A stretch of 64,000 bases of DNA from Prorocentrum cordatum (lineage: Eukaryota). This document shows, piece by piece, positions 1-10,507 of the stretch. The stretch spans positions 1 to 64,000 of the forward strand of contig CAUYUJ010000286.1 in assembly GCA_963575745.1 (NCBI GenBank). The letters are read 5' to 3'. Positions within the stretch are counted from its first letter, which is position 1; every line of letters starts with the position of its first letter. A program made the translations under genes and the position numbers. The notes beneath the pieces are model-generated. The model saw nothing but the letters and a program-made list of their open reading frames with translations. It ran no database searches and was not told where the DNA came from.

Positions 1-5
1 TCCTC

Positions 6-2947
6 ATGACTTGCGAGGGCAAGCACGGCGTGAGGAACCCGTTCGACAGCATTCAGAAGCTCGACGTCATCGGCATGAGGTTGAAGGACAGTGCCGACCT
101 GAAATGGGCAATCACTTGCTTGTACGACATGTGGCAGATGGGGTCGGTCGGCGAGACCATTGGGGAGCGCCAGCTGAAGGGGCAGGCGCCAGGCATGCAG
201 GGTAAAGGCTGGGTGGAATTGGCCATGCTGAAGCGGTCCTTGCGCGACGTCCTGCTGAACGACTTCGTCAACGCAAAGGGCTACGCGCCTGAGGTGCTCA
301 GCCAGATGCAAAGCCTGACCGTCGACATCGCAAGCTACCGTGGGAAGTTCGGCATGCCTGGCAAGATTGCCCCACGGACCTTACCTGTCGCGCCGGGTGG
401 AAGGACCTCCCCTCCTCCTTATCGTTTTCACTCTCATCCTCCTCATCCTCCTCGTCTCCCTCATCCTCATCCTGCAGTCAGGAGTCCGCGGAGAAGGTCT
501 TCAGGCTGCTGGAGGACTTAGGGGCGGCATCAAGGTCCGAGGGCATCGGCCGGGCGGAACCCGACGACGACTCGGGCGGTCGGGTCGGGCGGGCCCCTCG
601 GGCGGCCAGGGAGGGGAGGGGAGGTGATGTCCAGGAGCCTTGGGCGGCGTCGGGGTTCGGGGTTCCATCGCTCAGGATATCGTGTTCGCCTCGGAGTACG
701 ATGGCTACCTCAAGAAGAACCTTGTCTTCAGGAGGAGCCCCCAAGAGATGCTCGCGCACCCCCCGTTCAGCGACATCTTGGCTTCGGCGGACGAGAGCTA
801 CCGGAACGAGATCGGGGCGGTTCCCGAGGCCGCAGAAGTGACGACGGTCGTGGTCGACGAGGACGAGCCCATCGTCCACTGCGTGGAAGCGGAGCACATC
901 CCGCTCGCGAGCAGCACCAACGAGGAGATCCACATCGCGACTGTCGACGAGGCCACCATCTCGAAACTCAAGCGCCTGAAGAAAGACGTGTTCCAGCGGG
1001 TCCGCACCCAGGTGCAGTTGCGCGCGCCTCAGTCGCCGCCGGGCGAGGGGGCGCCAGGTTTACCTTGAGATCGGCGGTTGCAGCTCGACGCGGTTTGCCC
1101 GCCGCGATCGGGGTGCGAGGCGATCGGCCGATGTCTAATCCTCCGCCTCATCCCTCCTACTCGCCTCCCCTTTCCCTCCAGCGATGCCCCTCTCCCCCCG
1201 TCCCCTCTTCCTCGCTTTTTTTTTTCTTCTCTGGGCGCTTCGCGCATCCCCAAGCCCGACAGCCCATCCAACAACGATGCCCAGGCGAGTTGAGGTGTTG
1301 TTGTGAGAAGTTGTAGGAAGTCTCTTGGAGCCATCTTGGAGCTATCTTGGGGTCCTCTTGGGGCCCTCTTGGGGGCCGCTTCGGGCTCTTTTGGGGCCAT
1401 CTCGGGGCCCTTTGGGGTCTCAGAGACCCTTTTGGAGCCATCTTGGGCGATCTTGGCAGAAGGGAAGGAGGGGCTGTGGAAGCCCAGAGGGCTGGTGGGT
1501 TTGGCGGCGGAGACTCAGGTTTCCCGAGCCTGCCACCGAGACCGAGCTGGCGACGCTCATCAGGGAGAGCAGCGCCTATCACGAGGGCTTTAAACCGCAG
1601 GTGTCGAAGACGAAGAAGTACATCGGTGTGTTCTACGACCAGAAGGTCGCCGGCCAAGGCGACGCGCGGCCGAACGCGAGGCCGCCCTACTTGAGGAACG
1701 CGCACATGGAGAAGCACATCTGCGCGGCCATCAAGGCGGCCCCGGTTGCTGCGGATCCTGAGGAGCAGGAGTGCTATCGTCAGCGCGTTGCCCTGGGCCC
1801 TGGCCGGGCGCTCGCCCTGCCCGCCTCGGGGCAAGGCGTTCGCCTGGGGGGGCCAAGGGCAGGTGCGGGGGGATAGCCGCACCAGGATAATGCTCCGAAG
1901 CACTTGCCCGCGGAGCTCGCGTTCTTCGCGTGCGACGGGGGGAAGACTGGGCAGGAGACGACGCTCATGAACGAGTTCGTCGACGAGAGCAACAAGCCCT
2001 ACCACAAGTCCAAGCGCGCAGTGACGGTCATCTACTCGGAGGAAAGCGTGGTGAACCGCCTCAAGATCAAGCGCAGAACCACGGCTGGCGCGCTCCAGGC
2101 CGAGAAGATGTACATCGTCACCGGCAAGGCGATCGAGATCGAGGACAAGGCCAGGCTCGCGTTGAGCGGCACCACTGTCGGGGAGCACATCAGTTGCGCC
2201 TGGAGGTCCTGGAGCGACCCGAGCCATTGGACGATGAAGCGCAAGCACAAGGCGACCATCATCACGAAGAAGGACACCATTGCGAACGGTGGCCGCGGAC
2301 CCGGTCACGACGAGGAGGAGGGGCGCAAGGCGGAGAAGGAGGAGGCCAAGGCCATCACGCCGGAGAGCGAAGAGCAGGTGTTCTGGTGGGCACCGCCGCC
2401 CACCCTGCAGGATGAATGGATCCACAACTTCAACCTTCGCGCGGTGGTCGACCTCACTCCCGGGGATGGCGCCAGGGCGATGTGCTGCATCAAAAATAAG
2501 ATCCCATACGTGGCCATCTGCTTCCACCAGGAGAACGTCGAAGCCTTGTACGACCATCTCTTCAAGGAGACCATGAAGGAATCGTTGAACGAGGGCTGCA
2601 AGCAGCTCTACTCCTCGGAGCTGGCGGCCGTCGTCGTCGACAGCCGGAAGGCTAAGACCGAGGAGAGCGGCACGGACACGGCCGACAAGAAGAAGGGCGC
2701 GAAGAACAAGACCGGCAGCAGCGGCGGTAGCAAGGACGGCGGCAAGGACGGCGGTGGCAGCGGCGCCAGCGGCGGTGGCAGCAAGGACCCCATGGACCGC
2801 TCGGCACTGGTGGATCGCATCCGCGCGCTGGCTGGCGGCCCCGCTGCCAAAAGGCGCAAGAAGGAGAAGGCTGAGGATGACGCCGCTGAGGGTGAAGATG
2901 GTGCGGACTCCGTCTCCGACGTCGAAGAGGAGGCGCGATGGTGTTGA
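6..2947 (+). CDS. Multi-exon gene (5' end probably outside window); C-terminal region resembles a divergent beta-class N6-adenine/N4-cytosine DNA methyltransferase domain
   Basis: Inferred exons <6-403, 478/482-514, 676-1016/1019, 1519-1768, 1886-2947 join in frame via GA/GC/GT-AG introns. Last exon reads VFWWAPPPTLQDEWIHNFNLRAVVDLTPGDGARAMCCIKNKIPYVAICFHQENVEALYDHL, with the spacing of the N6_N4_Mtase C-terminal motifs (KPxxLxxxxI...VLDPFxGSGTT..A....R..IGIE....Y.....RL). No DPPY/SPPY motif is evident. K/G/S/acidic-rich tail. Confidence 0.6.
1236..1500 (+). mobile_element. Short copy of a MITE-like element inside intron 3 (same family as 25529-26252)
   Basis: Shares GCTTCGCG.ATCCCCA..AGCCC..CCAGGCGAGTTGAGGTGTTGTTG start, internal (GGGCCCTCTTG)-like subrepeats and CCCAGAGGGCTGGTGGG end with the 25.5 kb copy. 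Confidence 0.6.
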
Positions 2948-4049
2948 GCGGTGGTGGACGAGTCTGGCTAGCGGCGGTAGCGAGCGTTCTCGCTGAGGGC
3001 CTGGCCGAGCGCGCGCCGCCGGGAGGAGGAGGAGGAGAAGGGAGGAGGAGGAAAAGGAGGAGGAAACGACGCTCGTCTGCAGTCCGAGGCGCCCCGTGGC
3101 CGATCAGCGAGGCCGCGGGCGCTTCCATTTGATAATGGCGCCGCTGCCAGCAGCACAATGGCACACTGCAGGGTCTTGGAGCGCGACCGTGCCTGCTGGC
3201 AGCCGGCGCCGCTTCGGGGGCCAGGGCGAGTTGCGCGCCGCCGGCTGTGACGTTTCGCAGCAATGACGTGCCGCTTGGGTGACGTCACTACCCTCCTCAT
3301 CCTCCTCGTCCTCCTGCTCATCCTCGTCGTCGTCGTCCTCATCGTCATCTCCCTCCTTGCAGTCGCTCGCGCTGCCTGGTCGTCCGCCCCCCTCCCCCCC
3401 CGCCCCTCCCATGGTCTTCGTCGTCGTCGTCGCCGCCCCCTCCCCTCCGGCCCGCCTGCCAGGAGGCGCGCCGAGAGCTTCGGCGAGGCGCCTCGCGCGC
3501 GCCGCGCGCCCGCCGGGGGGGGGGGCGAGGAGGGGGATGGCGAGGAGGAAGGAGGGTGAGGAGGAGATGGGCGGCGACGACGCACGCACACGACGACGAT
3601 GACGACGACGGTGGCGACGGCGACGACTCGTGACGACGACGACCGCGACGACGGCGGCGGCGACGGCGGCGGCGGCGGCGAGGACCCCAGGGCCTCGGGC
3701 GGCGCCGCCCGAGGCCCTGAGGTCCTCGCGCCCTGCCGATGGGACTCCCAGTGGCCCCTGTAACGATCGATACCGCTGCTCGTTCTGCTGGAGAGCCTTC
3801 GTCGCCACGGCTGGATTCGCGTCGAAATTCTGGCCAGAACGCGACCTGGGAGACTAATTGGCGTTCCATCGGCAGGGGGGGGACGAGAGTCGCATCCTGA
3901 AGAGCCCAAGAGGATGCGAGGATATTCAGGAGGAGGATGAGGAACATTCGCCTGAACAGTCGGAGGACAGGTCCGAGGGAGAAGGGAGACTTCGACGCCC
4001 GCGTCTTCGGCGCTAGCACTCGAGCGCACTCGCACTCGCACGACGGGCC

Positions 4050-4553
4050 TCACTTGTGGGCCTTGGGCTTGGCCTTCGGCTTCGCCCTCGCGGCGGCCTT
4101 GTTGGGCTTGGCCTTCGGCTTCACCCTCGCGGCGGCCTTGGGCTTGGCCTTCGACTTCTTCTTCGGCATGGCCTTCGGCTTCTTCTTCTTCGGCGTGGCC
4201 TTCGACTTCTTCTTCGGCATGGCCTTCGTCTTCGTCTTCGGATCGATGTGCTCGTCGAGGGGGTCGTCGAGGGGGCTCGCCTCGGCCTCGATCAAGCTGG
4301 AGGGGGGCGGCGTCCAGCGCCACTTTTCTTCCACCTGATCGCCGTCCCAGTTCAAACCGACGAGGACCCCACGCCATCCCTCGCGCACGTCCCTCCCACG
4401 CCACCTTTTCATCTCGACGAACGATTTCGGCGATGTCTTCTCTTGGGCAGCCTCGGCCTCGGCTGCGAGCTGGGCAGCCTCGGCCTCGGCTGCGAGCTGG
4501 GCTGCACGCCCTCGGGAGTGGCGGCTGGCCTTGCCGCCGCCGCCGGTCGGCAT
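4050..4553 (-). CDS. Small basic protein with histone-H1-like Lys/Ala/Pro-rich C-terminal tail
   Basis: 167-aa ORF with a Trp-rich middle (RWRGRDVREGWRGVLVGLNWDGDQVEEKWRW) and tail KAMPKKKSKATPKKKKPKAMPKKKSKAKPKAAARVKPKAKP. Relict spliced leader 57 nt upstream of the ATG. Confidence 0.65.
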   Translation of the reverse strand: MPTGGGGKASRHSRGRAAQLAAEAEAAQLAAEAEAAQEKTSPKSFVEMKRWRGRDVREGWRGVLVGLNWDGDQVEEKWRWTPPPSSLIEAEASPLDDPLDEHIDPKTKTKAMPKKKSKATPKKKKPKAMPKKKSKAKPKAAARVKPKAKPNKAAARAKPKAKPKAHK

Positions 4554-4610
4554 GACTGTCGCGCGGGCTGTCGGGCGCTTCGGGCTTGGGCTGTCGGGCG
4601 CGGCTGTAGG

Positions 4611-4632
4611 CTTGAGCCAAAACCGCTACGGA
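4611..4632 (-). other. Relict dinoflagellate spliced leader
   Basis: Reverse complement TCCGTAGCGGTTTTGGCTCAAG matches DinoSL TCCGTAGCCATTTTGGCTCAAG at 20/22. Confidence 0.85.
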
Positions 4633-4880
4633 TGGTTCCTGACACCGCGTCGATCGTTCAAGGCGTCGGCGTTCACCTGGATGTTGCGATGAAGTCGGTG
4701 TTGGATCCTGACGCTGCGTCGATCGTTCAACCTTGGGCGACCGGCGGCTTTCCGAGTTCACCCTCGAACGCCCGCGCTGGGGTCGCCACCGCGCGGCCGC
4801 CTGTCGAAACGCCTAGGCCCACGCTGGCCAGCATGTTCAGAACATCTCACGTTTCCTCCTCCACCTCATCCTCCATTCAT

Positions 4881-4902
4881 TCCATTGCCGTTTTGGCTCA
4901 AA
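4881..4902 (+). other. Relict dinoflagellate spliced leader
   Basis: TCCATTGCCGTTTTGGCTCAAA, 18/22 to DinoSL, upstream of the HAD-domain ORF. Confidence 0.8.
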
Positions 4903-4951
4903 TCGTATCCTGCGGGCCGCCCCTTGGCCATCCCGCGGGCCGCCCCCTTCG

Positions 4952-5775
4952 GCCCAACTTCATATGGTGGCGTGCCCACTTCGAAGCGCTGGAGATTGCG
5001 TGACTCTGTGCGCTGGAGATTGCGCTTCGGGAGATTGTGGCTGTCGACCTGATCTCGGAGCGCAAGCCGTTGGAGAATGGCACGCGCCGCGGTCAAAGTT
5101 GGCGTCGATCTTGGCGACGTCATGAGCACCAGGGACACCGGTGATGACAAGAAGCCAGAGGGCGACGACATCTACGCGGCAGTAACGCGAGGTTTTTTCG
5201 CGCTCGCCTTGTTGTTCGGCATGGTGCATGGGCTGGAGAACCTGCACATCGTGAGTCGCTCCCAACGTGGCTCGTGGCGGTCGTACCACAAGAAGCACGG
5301 TCACGTTGAGGCGTGGCCCGTGCGCTTCGTCAAGCAGACAGGGCTCGTCGAGATGGGCATGCCGCCCAACTTCATATGGTGGCGTGCCCACTTCGAAGCG
5401 CTGGAGATTGCGTGACTCTGTGCGCTGGAGATTGCGCTTCGGGAGATTGTGGCTGTCGACCTGATCTCGGAGCGCAAGCCGTTGGAGAATGGCACGCGCC
5501 GCGGTCAAAGTTGGCGTCGATCTTGGCGACGTCATGAGCACCAGGGACACCGGTGATGACAAGAAGCCAGAGGGCGACGACATCTACGCGGCAGTAACGC
5601 GAGGTTTTTTCGCGCTCGCCTTGTTGTTCGGCATGGTGCATGGGCTGGAGAACCTGCACATCGTGAGTCGCTCCCAACGTGGCTCGTGGCGGTCGTACCA
5701 CAAGAAGCACGGTCACGTTGAGGCGTGGCCCGTGCGCTTCGTCAAGCAGACAGGGCTCGTCGAGATGGGCATGCC
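4952..5775 (+). repeat. Perfect 412-bp tandem duplication (4952-5363 / 5364-5775)
   Basis: Both copies begin GCCCAACTTCATATGG and appear identical. The duplication yields a truncated chimeric ORF 5077-5415 in front of the full ORF 5489-7120. Confidence 0.95.
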
Positions 5776-7120
5776 GCTGAACCACCTACATCTGTGCGAG
5801 CGGAAGAGTGGCGAGAAGGGCAAGGGCGCTATCGCTTCCAGACTGGGACTCACGCACCACATCGACAACGACATCGAATGCCTTTGGTCGATGGTGCACG
5901 ACGATGACAACATGTGGGCGAACATCGTCGAAGAGAAGGGCTTCTTGGTGATGTTCACTGAACTGAGGCCAGTCATGAATAACAAGTGGATGACAAAAAG
6001 CTTGCGCGAGTGCATGTGCGAAGCTGGCTCGCGGCAAGAAGTCGCCCGTCTCTTTGAGTTGCCGCATGTGGACGGTCCTGGCGCGTGGGACTGGCTCGAT
6101 CAGCAAGGCCCACCGCATCGCCGATATTCTGGCACAACGGTGGAGCGCGTCCGACAGGAGCTGGACGAATGGCTAGCATCATCTACAAGGCCTTTAACGT
6201 CCACGTGGGGTTCGCCACCGATTGTCCCCCGGCGTGAACGCGATGATGACGATGATGAGTGGCGTCGTCAAGAAGCACGCCGTCTCGAAATCAAATACCG
6301 AGAAGAACTGGCAGCCGCAGACGCTAAAGCGCAACGCGATGCGGAGGAGCTCCGACAGCAAGAAAAAGCAGAAGAACGAGCTGAGCAAGTTCGACAACAT
6401 GAAAAACGCATCCGACAGCAAGAAGAAGCAGAAGAACGAGCTGAGCAAGTTCGACAACATGAAGAACGCATCCGACAGCAAGAAAAAGCAGAAGAACGAG
6501 CTGCTGAGCAAGTTCTACAACATGCACAACGCATCCGACAGCAAGAAGAAGCAGAAGAACGAGCTGAGCAAGTTCGACAACATGAAGAACGCATCCGACA
6601 GCAAGAAGAAGCAGAAGAACGAGCTGCTGGGCAAGTTCGACAACATGAAGAACGCATTGCAGCTCTTCGCGCTGAGGAGGATCGACTTCGCGCAACACAG
6701 GAACGGCTACAGCAGCATGTGCTAGTCAGCGACGCTCTACGACAACGTCGAGAACAGGACGCGGCGCTTCACAACAACTTCCGCGCGTTGGAGGCCCAGG
6801 CGCAGGGTATGGCAGAAGAACTTTCACGCCGCAGTGGTGACTGGAAGCCGTGGAGCACGTGGGCCAGCAACGAGCGGTGCAACGACGGGTGGAACTACAA
6901 GAAGTACAAGAGGGCCATGGAGCACGCCATGCGGATCCGCCCGAGTCCAGCATGTGTGCGCCGCGTGGTAACCCCTATGTGCGCATCTTGTCACATCAAT
7001 CAGCCTGGTGTGTACTGTCCATATTCTTTGCGCTCCCCATGTTGCCAGAGCGCTTCGTGGGCGGGGCGGGCCAGCAGCTCCAGCGCCAACGCCAACGAGT
7101 GCTGGCAACACGCTTTGTGA
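5489..7120 (+). CDS. HAD-superfamily (5'-nucleotidase/deoxyribonucleotidase-like) domain + coiled-coil repeats + C-terminal Cys-rich Zn-binding motif
   Basis: Motif I VGVDLGDV, motif II LHIVSR, motifs III/IV KGAIASRLGLTHHIDND. About five 20-21-aa repeats RIRQQEEAEERAEQVRQHEE (6350-6660). C-terminal CASCHINQPGVYC...SPCC. Confidence 0.7.
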   Translation: MARAAVKVGVDLGDVMSTRDTGDDKKPEGDDIYAAVTRGFFALALLFGMVHGLENLHIVSRSQRGSWRSYHKKHGHVEAWPVRFVKQTGLVEMGMPLNHLHLCERKSGEKGKGAIASRLGLTHHIDNDIECLWSMVHDDDNMWANIVEEKGFLVMFTELRPVMNNKWMTKSLRECMCEAGSRQEVARLFELPHVDGPGAWDWLDQQGPPHRRYSGTTVERVRQELDEWLASSTRPLTSTWGSPPIVPRRERDDDDDEWRRQEARRLEIKYREELAAADAKAQRDAEELRQQEKAEERAEQVRQHEKRIRQQEEAEERAEQVRQHEERIRQQEKAEERAAEQVLQHAQRIRQQEEAEERAEQVRQHEERIRQQEEAEERAAGQVRQHEERIAALRAEEDRLRATQERLQQHVLVSDALRQRREQDAALHNNFRALEAQAQGMAEELSRRSGDWKPWSTWASNERCNDGWNYKKYKRAMEHAMRIRPSPACVRRVVTPMCASCHINQPGVYCPYSLRSPCCQSASWAGRASSSSANANECWQHAL

Positions 7121-7542
7121 TTAACATTGGCTGATTCGGCCATCGCGTGCAGAAAAACGGCATCCTTTCCTCCACCTCCCCGCTTCCCCCCTCTCTGATG
7201 ATGAGCCTCCGGGGGGGAGCTGAATTAAGTACTTCCCCCACCTTGTTTGAGCCATGCGGCGCCTACAACGGCCCCAAGAGACCTCTCAGACCCCCTTTCC
7301 CAAAGGAGCCCCAAGAGCTCACTCCTCCTCGGCCCCCGTGGGAGGAGGAGGAGGAAGGGGGGGGGGGGGGGGCGGACGGATGAGGAGAAGGAGGAGGAGA
7401 GAAGAGGACGACGATGCGATTTTTCGGCGAAAGCCGACGCCGTTGCCCTGGCTGTTGAATTACCTGAATCATGTCTGAACGAACTACTCCTCCTCCTCAT
7501 CCTCCTCCTCGCCGCCTCCTCCGGAACCGTCTGGCGCCAGGG

Positions 7543-8961
7543 CTATTGCGCTGCTGCTGTTGGAGCGCTGCACTGGGAGCAGAGGAACTCTTCGGAGGCG
7601 AATTGTGACCTCGAGCCTATTGGCACCAAAGTACCAACGCTTCCGGAGACGTAGGCCGGGCACCTATCGCACGGCACATGAGACCCCGGCTGAGCGTACC
7701 AGAGCGGCTCACACCTCTTCAGGCTGGCCACGCTCCACTTCTGCTCGAGAGTCGGGCCCTTGTCGTCGTCGCCTGTCTGAATACCGTCGCTCCACGAGAC
7801 GCTCCGCTTCTTCTTGGAAACGCCCGCAGAGCTCGAAGTGGCGTCGGTTTTCCGCTTCTTGAGCTTCGACGGGCCTGGCGGGCCCGCCAGCGCGCTCGAC
7901 GGCGGAGGCTGCGCGGGCCGCTGATTGTCGCACATGATGCTGGGGTACACCAGCCTGCCCGCGAGCGCCATCTGCCCGAACTTGTAGTGCTTCTCCTTCA
8001 ACGTTTCGGTGATGCCGTACAAGTTCTCGAGGTGCTTGAGCGCGGCCTGTATCTCTTCGCGCGACTCCTTGACACTCGGCCACGTACGGCGCCACAACTG
8101 GAAGCGCTCCTCGCTGTTGAAGACCTCCTTCATCATGCCCATCTTGATGGACACGAACTCAGCGCCGAGGTGCTGGAGGTCGTCGTGCAGGAGCTTGTAG
8201 GCAAGGATCTGCGCCGGGCCCTGGGACCGCGGGCGCCCGCTGCCCGCTGGCGCCGCGCGCGCCGGTGGCGCCGATGGCGCCGGTGGCGCCGGTGGACCTG
8301 GAGGCGACGGCGGCGCCTCCGCCGCCCCTGAAGTCTTCTTCGGAGAATCCGAGAGCTCCGATGACTCCGAGTCCGAAGAAGAATCGGACGACTCCGTCGA
8401 CGACGGCGTCGCCGGCGGCGGCGTGGGCGGAGGCCCCCGAGTCGCCTGCTGCGGCGTGGGCGGAGGCCGCGCCGTCGAAGCCGTCCCGCTGCCCTCATTC
8501 TTGGCGCCCTCGCTCCTGGTCGGCGTTGGCGGCGCTGGCGACGCCGGCGCTGGCGACGCTGTCCTGCTGGTCCGCGCACGGGGGCCCATAAGGTTCCAGG
8601 AGCCTTCGTCGCCGAACTTCGGCCAGAGGTCTTCAGAGACGGTCGCCCTGTCACGCCACAGCTTGCTGCCACCCCCGCCCCCCCACCAGCTGGCGAAGCG
8701 CCTGACCACGCCACGATGCTGTTGCTTGCAGGCCTTGTCCTCCGGAGACGCACACACCAGCTCTAGGTACTCCTTCGACGCCATCGCGGGGAAGGTGATG
8801 TCGTCGCGCATGAGCAACATTCGGAAGAACACCCCGAACTTCTTCACCGAGGAGGGGTTGCACTTCTTCACCAGCCAGTCCTCCCGGAAGCGATAGGACA
8901 CTAGGGGGAAGTAGACCACGTCGTCGATGCAGTTCTTGTGCTTGCTGGTGAACACCTCCAT
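7543..8961 (-). CDS. Hypothetical protein (~472 aa) with Pro/Ser-rich linkers and C-terminal CxxC...CxxC zinc ribbon
   Basis: Long ORF with coding-like GC3 bias. Probable start MEVFTSK at 8961. Ends PCDRC...FLCSQC. Relict SL at 9115-9128 (-). Confidence 0.7.
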   Translation of the reverse strand: MEVFTSKHKNCIDDVVYFPLVSYRFREDWLVKKCNPSSVKKFGVFFRMLLMRDDITFPAMASKEYLELVCASPEDKACKQQHRGVVRRFASWWGGGGGSKLWRDRATVSEDLWPKFGDEGSWNLMGPRARTSRTASPAPASPAPPTPTRSEGAKNEGSGTASTARPPPTPQQATRGPPPTPPPATPSSTESSDSSSDSESSELSDSPKKTSGAAEAPPSPPGPPAPPAPSAPPARAAPAGSGRPRSQGPAQILAYKLLHDDLQHLGAEFVSIKMGMMKEVFNSEERFQLWRRTWPSVKESREEIQAALKHLENLYGITETLKEKHYKFGQMALAGRLVYPSIMCDNQRPAQPPPSSALAGPPGPSKLKKRKTDATSSSAGVSKKKRSVSWSDGIQTGDDDKGPTLEQKWSVASLKRCEPLWYAQPGSHVPCDRCPAYVSGSVGTLVPIGSRSQFASEEFLCSQCSAPTAAAQ

Positions 8962-9114
8962 CGGCGAAGGCTCCGTCGTCGCGCGTCGCAGGCCCAAGGC
9001 CGCGCCGCGCAAGCAGGAACCCGTCGCGCGCCGGGCCGGCGGAGGCTCGCTGAGGCGCGCAGCCCGCCGGGGCGCGAGCAGGAACCCGTCGAGGTTCGCA
9101 GCTCTGAAAAACAA

Positions 9115-9128
9115 AGCCCAAATGGCTA
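9115..9128 (-). other. Partial relict spliced leader
   Basis: Reverse complement TAGCCATTTGGGCT, 13/14 to the DinoSL core, upstream of the 7543-8961 ORF. Confidence 0.6.
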
Positions 9129-9205
9129 TACGAGGAGGAGGATGAGGAGGAGGAGGAGGACCAACACCGGACAGGACGCCCAGAGGACAAGATTTTGCTG
9201 GTGGG

Positions 9206-9965
9206 GCGGTTTTAAGCGGAACCCCAGGAAACGCGAGGTGTGCTGGGCTCCCTCCCCTCCTCCTCCTCCTCCTCCCCCCTCCTCCTCCTCCTCCTCATCA
9301 TCCTTCTCCTCCTACCTACCTACTAGTCAGTTTGAATCAATGCCGCATCCTCCTCTGCCTCCCTCCCTCCTCCCTCCGCCCCTCCTCCCTCCCTCCTCTC
9401 CTCTCCACTCCACCGCCTCATTTCATCTCCTCCCCTCCGCCTCCCTGGCCATCGTGTGCAGAACAAGAGCATCCTCTCCTCTCGTCCGCCTCCTCTTCTC
9501 CGCCATCTCCTCTAAGGCATAATCCGTGCCAGCTGCTTCGGCTGACCCATCCACCCTCAGCTGCTTCGGCTGACCCATACTCCACCCCCGCCCAGCTTCA
9601 GAAGACTTCGACACGACCATCCGTAACAACGGATGATATTTCTAAGGCTGATTGCCCAAAATGGGTGTTGGGGAGCATGCGAACCCTGTGGCCGAACCAG
9701 CCAACAAACGTTAAACGAGGCCGAACCAGCCAGCCCGACTGGCGCTGTCTCTTCAAAACGAGGACCCAACACCACAGGGTGGTTGGGAAAGCGACCTCCA
9801 TCCGTGTAATTTCCGAAGCTGTTAAGACGAAGTGATGAAGATGGGAGGAGGGAGGGGGCAGCGGGAAGAAGGTGGGAACGCGGGGCGCTGTCTCTTCAAA
9901 ACGAGGACCCAACACCACAGGATGGTTGGGAAAAAAGCCCTGCGGGGACCCCTCCTCCCTCCTCC
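9206..9965 (+). repeat. ~760-bp dispersed direct repeat, copy 1
   Basis: Near-identical to 16762-17520. Starts GCGGTTTTAAGCGGAACCCC and contains two TTCAAAACGAGGACCCAACACCACAGG.TGGTTGGGAAA hairpin modules. Confidence 0.95.
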
Positions 9966-10445
9966 TCCTCCTCCTCCTCCTCATCCTCCTACCTCCTCCT
10001 CCTCCCTCCTCCCTCCTCCTCCCCCTCCTCCTGGGGAACGATTCTGAGCGGATTTGGGCCGCCGTTGTATCACTGCCGTTGTCTCAAACGGCTCTCCTCC
10101 GACCATTGCTCGGACTTCTTCTGATCGTGTGACGAGCCCCTCACAGACGTCACTGCTCCGAGGAGGGGCGCCACTGCTCCGAGGAGGGACGGGAGCGAGA
10201 GGACCGAAGAGCGAGGAGGTTCGAGGATCGAGGGCCATCCTCCGCTGGGTGTCCGAGGAGGAGGGGGAGGAGGGGGAGGGGGAGGGGGCTCAGGAGGAGG
10301 AGGGAGCTTCGGGGGGTGCCCGAGAGCCCAAAAACTGCACTCGCGACGACGACGACGATGGTAACGCCATGCAACGAACGACGACGGCGATCATGATGAT
10401 AATATCGATGATGGTGATGATGGTGATGCGTGATGGCGACGATGG

Positions 10446-10467
10446 ACGTGGCCCGTTTTGGCTCTAC
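10446..10467 (+). other. Relict spliced leader upstream of the DNMT
   Basis: ACGTGGCCCGTTTTGGCTCTAC contains the TTTTGGCTC core, 40 nt before ATG 10508. Confidence 0.55.
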
Positions 10468-10507
10468 CCTAGCGGGCTTTGGACTGAGAGCTCGCCCAGT
10501 CTATACC

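Noticed and set aside
360..481. Frameshift in exon 1 (alternative reading DCPTDLTCRAGWK)
   Set aside because: Using the acceptor at 477 restores the frame without a shift, so this cannot be decided without transcripts.
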